Shown piece by piece: positions 57,112 through 64,000 of a stretch of DNA of 64,000 nucleotides. How positions within the stretch are numbered: position 1 is the stretch's first letter; each line of letters starts with the position of its first letter. The position numbers were made by a program, and so were the translations under genes. Source of the stretch: Polyangiaceae bacterium (GTDB lineage Bacteria > Myxococcota_A > Polyangia > Polyangiales > Polyangiaceae); assembly GCA_033763455.1 (NCBI GenBank), contig JANRKO010000006.1, positions 128,001 through 192,000 on the forward strand, read 5' to 3'. The notes beneath the pieces were generated by a model. The model saw only the letters and a program-made list of their open reading frames with translations, was not told where the DNA came from and did no database searches.

Positions 57112-59241
57112 CTAGCGGAGATCTGTCACGCAACCGGGGGTGCACCCGTCGCCGGTGGTCTTGTTGCCGTCGTCGCACTGCTCGGGACCGTTCACTTTTC
57201 CATCACCGCACCATTCGCCGAGGCGACAACCTGCCGCGCACTTGCCGTAGCTACCCGCGTTGACTCCGTCGTCACAGGCTTCACCGAAGAGGCTGTCCAC
57301 CACGCCATCGCCGCAGAAGTTGGGCTTCTTGCACTCTGGTGCACAAGCCGCTGTGTCCGTGAGGGGCGCATAGCTAGAAAGATTGACGCCATTGTCGCAA
57401 ACCTCGCCGGAAGCTGCCTGCAAGGTGCCGTCGCCGCAACGCGGCCCCAAGGTGCAATCTGCGTTACAGCCGTTGTAGGAGCCGTCGTTCGTGCCTTTAT
57501 CGCAAGCCTCACTGGAGGCGACGATTCCGTCTCCACAGGTAGCGTGGCAAACGGAGCGACCATTCAGGAAATTCTGAAGCGTGAGCTTGAACGTGGAAGT
57601 GCCTGTTTGGCGCTCCGCATTGAATATGGCCACTTCGTAGACCCCACCGACGGTCAAACCGAGGACTGCCGGGTCGAACACGCCGGTTGTGGGGGGATCG
57701 TTGGCGATGACCCAATCGGTTCCACCTACCCCGGGTGGGCCGAGCTGGATCCAGCGACCTTCACTGTAGTGAAGACCGGGAATCGAGACCGCCAAGCGCC
57801 CATTGATGAACACCCAGAGGTCATCATCTCCGTAGAAAGTGAGCTTCTCACCGCCGCGATAGGTGAACCAGTAGCGCAGCTCGGTGGTGAAAGAGAAATT
57901 CCGCTTCCCTACTTGGAAGGCGTCACGAGGGTGCTCGAGGAGCGCGTTTGGATCGTTGAAGCCGCGGCCCTCCAGGGGAAAGAAGAAATCGTTGACGTAT
58001 TCGAACGCGCCAGGCGTGTTGGTTACCGGCGTGAGCGCCATGGTGTCCACAACGGTGCGATTGATATTGTTATCGCTGCGGTACCACTGAGCGAACGAGG
58101 CTGCACTCTGGACGCAATTGTTGGTCTTGTTGCCGTCCAAGGCAGGCTTCTTCATCGCGTCGAGCGTCAGCTGAACCTCATGCTGGCAATTGTGATTGGT
58201 GACCACGCCAAAGTTCTGAAAATCCGGATGCTTCGGTCCCGTATCTACGGGGGTGTTCTTCTGGGTTCCGACGAAATCGCGATACACTACTGGCAGCACT
58301 GGAGATTCAACAGCGACCTCACAGGTGAAGCCTTGTTCGATCGTGCAGGTGGAAGAGCAGCCGTCGAAATCGCGAGTATTCCCATCGTCGCAGGCTTCGC
58401 TATCCAACTTTAAGCCATCGCCGCATTTCGCTTGGCAGACGCCGTTGGTGCAAACGGGCTCACTCCGGCAGAACGGAGAACAGCCGTCCCCGGTGTCGAA
58501 GTTCATGTCGTCACATTGCTCGGTGCCTTCAACGATGCCATCGCCACAGGTGGTGGCGCTACAGGCCTGGCCCGGTGTTGGACACTTAAACTTGGGTTCC
58601 AGCGTGCAGGTTGCAGAGCAGCCATCACCTGGATTGGCATTCCCATCGTCGCATTCTTCGAGGCCAGCGACCATGCTGTCTCCGCACAGAGCGGCGCCGC
58701 AACGAGCCCCAACTACAGGGCATGCCCAAGCGACTTCCAACTGGCACTGCGCGCTACATCCGTCTCCTGCGGTAGCATTTCCATCGTCACAGGTTTCGCT
58801 CCCGGTGATTTTGGCATCGCCACAGGCAACAGTAGAGACACACGGCATGCCCGGGGTGGGACAAGCAAAATCTTTCTCAACGGCGTCGCAGTTTGCTCCG
58901 CAACCGTCGCCAGATGCGCCGTTTCCATCGTCACACTTTTCATTGGGATCGAGATATCCATCGCCGCACGCAGGAACCCGCTCCATGCACATCGAGGCCC
59001 CACACATACTGCTCCCCGCTTTTGCCATGCCCGCGCCCATGTCGAGATCAATCACCATGGAGCCGATTTGGCCTGTATTCCCGCCTGTACTTGTGTTGGG
59101 ACCCTGATCGGGTCCCGCACCGGACGCACCGACCACGGTGCCCTCGTTGCGAACGCTGTCGCCCGAGGTGCAAGCCTGTTCAAGCGCTACACTGGCAAGT
59201 GCCGCGCACATTAGAAGAAGAGAAGCTTTTTTCATCGCCAC
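57112..59241 (-). CDS. Fibro-slime/PA14 domain protein with Myxococcus-type Cys-rich repeats
   Basis: Repeated CGDG....E.CDDGN....DGC; YRDF..HPDF; NFSFTTE..YWF.Y.GGE...FYGDDDLWVFING; FNAERQT. Confidence 0.92.
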   Translation of the reverse strand: MAMKKASLLLMCAALASVALEQACTSGDSVRNEGTVVGASGAGPDQGPNTSTGGNTGQIGSMVIDLDMGAGMAKAGSSMCGASMCMERVPACGDGYLDPNEKCDDGNGASGDGCGANCDAVEKDFACPTPGMPCVSTVACGDAKITGSETCDDGNATAGDGCSAQCQLEVAWACPVVGARCGAALCGDSMVAGLEECDDGNANPGDGCSATCTLEPKFKCPTPGQACSATTCGDGIVEGTEQCDDMNFDTGDGCSPFCRSEPVCTNGVCQAKCGDGLKLDSEACDDGNTRDFDGCSSTCTIEQGFTCEVAVESPVLPVVYRDFVGTQKNTPVDTGPKHPDFQNFGVVTNHNCQHEVQLTLDAMKKPALDGNKTNNCVQSAASFAQWYRSDNNINRTVVDTMALTPVTNTPGAFEYVNDFFFPLEGRGFNDPNALLEHPRDAFQVGKRNFSFTTELRYWFTYRGGEKLTFYGDDDLWVFINGRLAVSIPGLHYSEGRWIQLGPPGVGGTDWVIANDPPTTGVFDPAVLGLTVGGVYEVAIFNAERQTGTSTFKLTLQNFLNGRSVCHATCGDGIVASSEACDKGTNDGSYNGCNADCTLGPRCGDGTLQAASGEVCDNGVNLSSYAPLTDTAACAPECKKPNFCGDGVVDSLFGEACDDGVNAGSYGKCAAGCRLGEWCGDGKVNGPEQCDDGNKTTGDGCTPGCVTDLR

Positions 59242-59567
59242 GTTTCCGAGGTAAGCCGAAGAATGTTGGCGCAGCGTATCGCGACTGACAGAAAAGTTCT
59301 AGCAAGTTGAGAACAATCAATCTGCGGTGTCGTGAGCAATGCGCTGCGACTCAGCTGTGATGGGAATCAAGTCAGAGAAGAACGAGTTGCTGAGCCCTCT
59401 GCACGTGTTGATGAGCGTGTCGCCAAGGGGCAGCGTTTAATTTCCGTTCATGCCGTACGGCACTACAAGGTCACCGCTTGTGGGATGATGTGTTCGGGGC
59501 TCAGGGTTTCCTGTGGGCTTGCGGGTTCTTGGTTTCGCGGGTGATGCCAAACCCCCTTAAAAATGCG

Positions 59568-60755
59568 TTACTCATAGGCTTGCCGGGCTAAGCTAACGAG
59601 CGCCTCGGTCACGGCGACCAAAGCTGCAAGTCGCTCTCCGGCGCGCCCCGCGGTACGCGGAGGTTCCAGGGGGGCGGCGAGCTTGCGCGCACACTCGTGC
59701 ATATCGCCGAGCTTCTGCTTTAAGTGATCGCGAGCAATCTGACGAATGTCCAGGTGTGGCATCGCGCAAGCTCCGTTCGCTTCGAGCACGGAGGAAGCGT
59801 AGTAACCCCACCCTACAAGCTCATCTTCCGATCTGAAGAACGCTTCCCAACGGCTCTTGAACGACTCGAACGATTCAGCCCGTTCGAGGTGCGCCGGGGA
59901 AAGCCCGGTGTGCTGAAAGAAGGAACCCGATAGGGGGAAGCGTGGTCGAATGTAGGCTTCGAAGAACTCCCCGGTTGCCGGCCTTTGCGCCACCCAGTGG
60001 ATGATTTCGGGAGGATTAGCATTGGCGGTGCCATAGGGCCACGCGTTGGCCTCCCCATAGCCGACGACGAGGTGAGTGTGTCGCTCAATAAGCACTTTGG
60101 GGACCCGCGGCTTCTTTATGCGAATCGATTTTCTTAGGTGCCGGCGGGCACGCTGTTCGCTCGCGAATCGCAATTGTTGTTCAACGAACGCATCGAACGG
60201 GTCGAGCAGGGGTAGCAAGTTACATGTGGGCGGCTCCAATATCGAAAGCGCGTTCACAACTGCCTCAATTGTTGAGACGTGAAGTGGTGAGGGCTCGCGG
60301 CGGATTCGATAACGGCTCGGCGAGCTGGGTGACAAAAAGTAGCGCGGGATTTTGGCGATTTCAGGATTCAATTTGAGGAGCTTGCTCGCCTGCCACCAGG
60401 TGCCATCGATCACCAGTAGCGTTACCTTACCAGCGGGAGGGCACTCTTCGAGGCTCACCGCGTCTTCCCCTGGATAAAGTAGGATCGGGGGGGCTGTGCT
60501 GTTCTCAAGCTCTCGTTTGAGTGCTTCATCGTTCGAAAAATCTAGACCCACATGCACCCTGGCATTGGGGAGGCCAAGCAACAGCAATCGAACCGTTCCA
60601 ATTCTTACGGTGCTTTCCTTCGGGTGCTGCAGGAGCACAACTCGTGTGTCGGTGGGCACTGGGGTGACCGTTCCGCATAAGCACAGCGCCTCGGGCCTCT
60701 GGCAGCCGCCACAGATCGCGCGGGGTGTCGGGTCCGGAGCGGATTTCGTACTCAT
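59568..60755 (-). CDS. DTW-domain tRNA aminocarboxypropyltransferase (TapT-like) with C-terminal exonuclease-like domain
   Basis: CGGC......CLC; LQHPKE; LLYPG; IDGTW; YRIR; STIEA; ~180-aa C-terminal extension. Confidence 0.88.
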   Translation of the reverse strand: MSTKSAPDPTPRAICGGCQRPEALCLCGTVTPVPTDTRVVLLQHPKESTVRIGTVRLLLLGLPNARVHVGLDFSNDEALKRELENSTAPPILLYPGEDAVSLEECPPAGKVTLLVIDGTWWQASKLLKLNPEIAKIPRYFLSPSSPSRYRIRREPSPLHVSTIEAVVNALSILEPPTCNLLPLLDPFDAFVEQQLRFASEQRARRHLRKSIRIKKPRVPKVLIERHTHLVVGYGEANAWPYGTANANPPEIIHWVAQRPATGEFFEAYIRPRFPLSGSFFQHTGLSPAHLERAESFESFKSRWEAFFRSEDELVGWGYYASSVLEANGACAMPHLDIRQIARDHLKQKLGDMHECARKLAAPLEPPRTAGRAGERLAALVAVTEALVSLARQAYE

Positions 60756-60811
60756 GTGGACGTTTTAGCTGGAAAGGTCGCGGTATCACACGCCATCATC
60801 CAACTTGACAC

Positions 60812-61876
60812 ATGTTAGCTAGGTCGCGTGTTTTTGGCCTCTTCGGCGCTTGTGCGCTCATCTTTTGTGGCCAGAGGGCGCACGCACTGCCAAACGGGGA
60901 TCCGGCGGATACGTGCACGCGAGAAGACGTGCCTTGGGTCCAGGTGGATTTTGAGGGCTGGACAGTCTCTGCGAAGGTGCGCAGCCGAACGCTCAGCGAT
61001 CTGAAAGTCAGCCTGAAAGACGTGGGGATTAGCGCGTGTTTCGCGAACGCGAGCCCACGGGGAGCCCCCCTTGCCGTAGTGCGAGTAGCCGAAGCGGTCG
61101 AGGGGCGCACGGGCAGCGCGGAAGAACACGTTGTCGTTACGGTGAGTGTTCGTGACGCGGTGACCGCGAAGAATGTCAGCCGAGAAATCGATCTTCGACG
61201 CTTTCCAAAAGGTGCACGGGAGCTCGCGCTTGCCATTGCCGCTGATGAATTGTTGCGCGCTAGCTGGGCTGAGGTCTCGCTTACGACGCAAGCCTCAGAG
61301 GCAATCCAGAAGACCGCGCCGGCACAGGCTAGGCTTGCGGTGCGTCGAGTGCAACGGGTCGAGCCCCCGCGCCGATTTGAGCTGGGCGCCCGAGCGGCGG
61401 CCGCGGCGTATCAGGGAGGGCAACAACAGCTTGGCGGAGATCTATTGTTGGATTGGGAGCTGTCACGCCACTTCAGCTTTCGCTGGGCGTTTGGTTATCG
61501 AGGGAGCGCTGCCGAGCGGTCCGCACTTGGTACGGTGAGCGGCAGTGCGCTTGGCGTGGAAGGCTCGCTCGCCTGGTGGTTTTGGCGAAGGCCATTCATA
61601 GATTTAGGCGTCGCGCTTGGTGCTTTTGGGGGCAGGCTTACGTTCTCGGGGCGAGGCAATAGTGCCACCACAGGGCGAGAGTATGGGGCCATGTTTGTCT
61701 TCTCGCGCGCGGAGCTCGGGTCCGATTTTCACGTCAGTTCCGTAGTGACCGTACCACTCGCTCTCTCGCTGGGAGTCCCGCTTCAAAGTGCCACGGCACT
61801 CGGTGAAGGACAGCCACTGACGGCTATGTCAGGTCTTGAGACAGCCGCGACCCTGGGGCTCAAATTCAGCCTTTGA
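60812..61876 (+). CDS. Secreted hypothetical protein with barrel-like C-terminus
   Basis: Signal peptide ending AHA; R.LALA..ELLRASW motif; amphipathic strands. Confidence 0.65.
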   Translation: MLARSRVFGLFGACALIFCGQRAHALPNGDPADTCTREDVPWVQVDFEGWTVSAKVRSRTLSDLKVSLKDVGISACFANASPRGAPLAVVRVAEAVEGRTGSAEEHVVVTVSVRDAVTAKNVSREIDLRRFPKGARELALAIAADELLRASWAEVSLTTQASEAIQKTAPAQARLAVRRVQRVEPPRRFELGARAAAAAYQGGQQQLGGDLLLDWELSRHFSFRWAFGYRGSAAERSALGTVSGSALGVEGSLAWWFWRRPFIDLGVALGAFGGRLTFSGRGNSATTGREYGAMFVFSRAELGSDFHVSSVVTVPLALSLGVPLQSATALGEGQPLTAMSGLETAATLGLKFSL

Positions 61877-61892
61877 CCCCTCGGGATTCATT

Positions 61893-62678
61893 TCAACGTT
61901 TGCGGGTCTTGCGTCCGTACGAAAGCTCGGCACCGCCCGACAAGATGTGATCCACTCCGGTGGTAAAGGTTGCCTCGGCCGCTAGGAACAAACAGAGCTT
62001 ACCTGTCTCTTCGATGGTTCCCATCCGCCCAAGCAATTGCGCGGCATCTCCCTCCGCGCGGCACGCAGCAGGATCGGGTGCGGCGTCAATAGCCTCCTGC
62101 CATAACGGGGTGTACACGTTGCCTGGGGACACCGCGTTTACGCGTACATCGTGGGCGGCCTCATCCACAGCCAGAGCTTTGGTGAAAGCTGTGATCGCTC
62201 CCTTGGTGGCGACGTAGGTGGTAGCGCCGGCCTGGCCCATAATGCCCACGAGGCTCGACATATTGATGATATTGCCTCGCGTTTTTCGCAAATGCGGCAG
62301 GGCGTATTTGCAGGCTGCAAAGATGCTCACCAAGTTGAGATCCAGGAGCTCCCGGAAACTCTCGACGGAAAATTCGTCAATCGTTTGGTGGGGTGGGTGC
62401 CAGCCTGCGTTATTGATCAAACAATCGATGCGCCCAAATTTCTCAACCGTGAAATCAATGAGGGCACGAATTTCCTCAGTTTTCGAAACGTCACACTTGA
62501 AAAACAGCACTTTGGATCCGCCTTCGCATTTCACGTCTCGCGCGAGAGCTTCGCCTTGAGCTTGATTGCGCGCGCAGAACACCACGTGGGAACCTTCGGC
62601 GGCGAACACTCGCACGCAGCCCTCTCCAATGCCTTTGGTACCGCCGGTAACGATCGTAACTTTGTTTTGATAGCGCAT
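61893..62678 (-). CDS. Short-chain dehydrogenase/reductase (HSD17B14-like)
   Basis: TGGTKGIG; NNAGWHPP; YVATK; SPGNVYTPLW; GGAELSYG. Confidence 0.9.
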   Translation of the reverse strand: MRYQNKVTIVTGGTKGIGEGCVRVFAAEGSHVVFCARNQAQGEALARDVKCEGGSKVLFFKCDVSKTEEIRALIDFTVEKFGRIDCLINNAGWHPPHQTIDEFSVESFRELLDLNLVSIFAACKYALPHLRKTRGNIINMSSLVGIMGQAGATTYVATKGAITAFTKALAVDEAAHDVRVNAVSPGNVYTPLWQEAIDAAPDPAACRAEGDAAQLLGRMGTIEETGKLCLFLAAEATFTTGVDHILSGGAELSYGRKTRKR

Positions 62679-62695
62679 GAAAAGCCTGATTATTG

Positions 62696-63079
62696 TTAGT
62701 TCAAGGTATAGGGCATGCTGAGAGAAAATGGCTCGATCGTTGCCAGAAAAGTGAGCCCGTCGTCCCGCCGCATTTCATAGGTGCCATGCATGGTGCCGTG
62801 GGGGGTAGAGAGCACACACCCGCTTGTGTACTCAAAGTGTTGGTCTGGTTCGAGCCGAGGCTGGTGCCCTACGACGCCCGGCCCCTTCACTTCCTCAACG
62901 CGCCCGCTGCCGTGCGTGATGATCCAGTGTCGATTTACGAGTTGTGCAGGAAGCTCCCCCTGGTTGGCAATCCGGATCGTGTAGGAGAACACGTAACGCT
63001 GTTCTCGCGGCGCGGACTGCTGCGGAATGTACTCCGAGCGCACTGTAACGCGGATGCCCTGGGTAACCGAATCGCTCAT
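62696..63079 (-). CDS. apaG: ApaG protein
   Basis: YTIRI.N; QL..RHWII; V.GPGVVGHQP; YTSG; GTMHG.Y. Confidence 0.96.
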   Translation of the reverse strand: MSDSVTQGIRVTVRSEYIPQQSAPREQRYVFSYTIRIANQGELPAQLVNRHWIITHGSGRVEEVKGPGVVGHQPRLEPDQHFEYTSGCVLSTPHGTMHGTYEMRRDDGLTFLATIEPFSLSMPYTLN

Positions 63080-63130
63080 CAGGGGGCCCTCTTAACATAG
63101 GCCCCCGTGTGCAGACCAGGGCAGGGCGGC

Positions 63131-63535
63131 TCAGGTCAACAATTTGAAGCCCGCGAGCGCGAAATGCCTGTCAAAGGAGAAGGCTGTACCAATGCCAGCC
63201 TTGCGCATGAGGGTGAAGGAAATGCAGTCCGTGAAGCTTACTTCTTGGTCGGCAAACTTGCGGAAGAGTTCGAGGGCGAGGAGCTCCTCCTCCTCGACTG
63301 TTCTCAGAATGGCCAGTGCCCGAGACTGGTAAAGTTCTTGCCCCCGATCGGCGGCAAAGTCGTAGCTGGCGCGTCGCCCCAGGAGAGTGAGCGTCTCGTC
63401 GATCACATGGTTACTCGTCACGAGGCGGACGCCACTCAGCTCCACTTTTTTCCACAAACGCAGTGCACGCTTGTGGTGCGCGTCTGAAGCCAGGTAGCGA
63501 GCGAGGAAGGCGCCGGTGTCGACAAAGATCATCAC
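63131..63535 (-). CDS. vapC: PIN-domain toxin
   Basis: IFVDTGAF; ET.TLL; SFTDC.SF; FSFDRHF..AGF. Confidence 0.92.
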   Translation of the reverse strand: MMIFVDTGAFLARYLASDAHHKRALRLWKKVELSGVRLVTSNHVIDETLTLLGRRASYDFAADRGQELYQSRALAILRTVEEEELLALELFRKFADQEVSFTDCISFTLMRKAGIGTAFSFDRHFALAGFKLLT

Positions 63536-63759
63536 TCCCCGTAGAGGTAATCGTCGTGTTTCTGCGCCAGATCCCGGGGTGTGTTGCCCGTATAAACCTT
63601 CTGATAGTCGAACAGAGGATCCACGCCGGAGCCGGCATTTTCCACAGCTGTTTGGAGCGCTTCACGTATAAAGTGTCCGAGCGACATCCCCAGCGACTTG
63701 GCACGCTTTTCAGCCACTCGCTTCAAGTGGGGTGGCAGCATGATCGTGGTCCGATGCAT
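63532..63759 (-). CDS. vapB: Ribbon-helix-helix antitoxin
   Basis: RTTIMLP...SLGHFIREAL; C-terminal HDDYLYG; GTGA overlap with vapC. Confidence 0.88.
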   Translation of the reverse strand: MHRTTIMLPPHLKRVAEKRAKSLGMSLGHFIREALQTAVENAGSGVDPLFDYQKVYTGNTPRDLAQKHDDYLYGE

Positions 63760-63794
63760 GCCATAACCATACTGCCATATACGCCACTCGGCAA
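63760..63794 (-). promoter_or_regulatory. vapBC promoter TTGCCG-N17-TATGGT with three TATGG repeats
   Basis: -35 at 63794-63789, -10 at 63771-63766, ATG after a 6-nt spacer; TATGG at 63779-63775, 63771-63767, 63765-63761. Confidence 0.65.
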
Positions 63795-63797
63795 CGT

Positions 63798-64000
63798 CTA
63801 GGGCGCAGGCACCGTGGGAACCTGGCCGAGCGCGGCTTGGGCTAAGAACTTCACAGCATCCGTATTCGCGTGGGCCACATCAAACACCACAAAGTGCCCA
63901 TCTTTGCCCATGGGGGGCGCATATTGCTTCACGTCGATAGTGTGATCCTTAGGGCACTGAGCGGCCATCGAGCAAACCTCGAGGGCGTCGGGGGTCATCA
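63798..64000 (-). CDS. C-terminal fragment of a protein (possibly alpha/beta-hydrolase-like); 5' part outside the window
   Basis: DGHFVVFD resembles a late catalytic-His segment; too short to assign. Confidence 0.45.
   Translation of the reverse strand, partial: MTPDALEVCSMAAQCPKDHTIDVKQYAPPMGKDGHFVVFDVAHANTDAVKFLAQAALGQVPTVPAP

Noticed and set aside
56980..59214. Long plus-strand ORFs (477, 284 and 260 aa)
   Set aside because: Antisense shadows of the fibro-slime gene, expected in GC-rich DNA.

Overview
A 64-kb, GC-rich, gene-dense chromosomal segment that looks myxobacterial (Polyangiales-like). That assignment is inferred from MYXO-CTERM-like tails, Myxococcus-type Cys-rich repeats, and fibro-slime, FHA and TPR/PEGA-type proteins. 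Housekeeping genes include sppA, sspB, sixA, a creBC-like two-component pair, uppS, a tandem FKBP, tRNA-Arg(UCU), rbsK, yciB, mscS, livKHMGF, uppP and apaG. Accessory modules: (i) a coupled four-gene envelope operon around a 930-aa Cys-rich lipoprotein multiheme cytochrome c plus a small outer-membrane barrel; (ii) a Cys/His-repeat thioredoxin paired with a CxxC/His-rich barrel; (iii) a ~15-kb locus with a complete sedoheptulose-7-P to NDP-heptose pathway, its own transaldolase, a DPM-synthase-like GT2, three GT-C-like membrane proteins, methyltransferases and a GMC oxidoreductase with a Tat-like partner; (iv) a DNA methyltransferase plus PD-(D/E)XK nuclease pair; (v) a DTW/exonuclease-like fusion; (vi) a vapBC module with an apparently leaderless promoter. 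An SPFH-family gene at the left edge and a 1-nt frameshift in an LRR lipoprotein are not captured by the ORF track. No CRISPR array, rRNA, integrase or transposase was seen. All calls come from reading motifs by eye; no database search was run.
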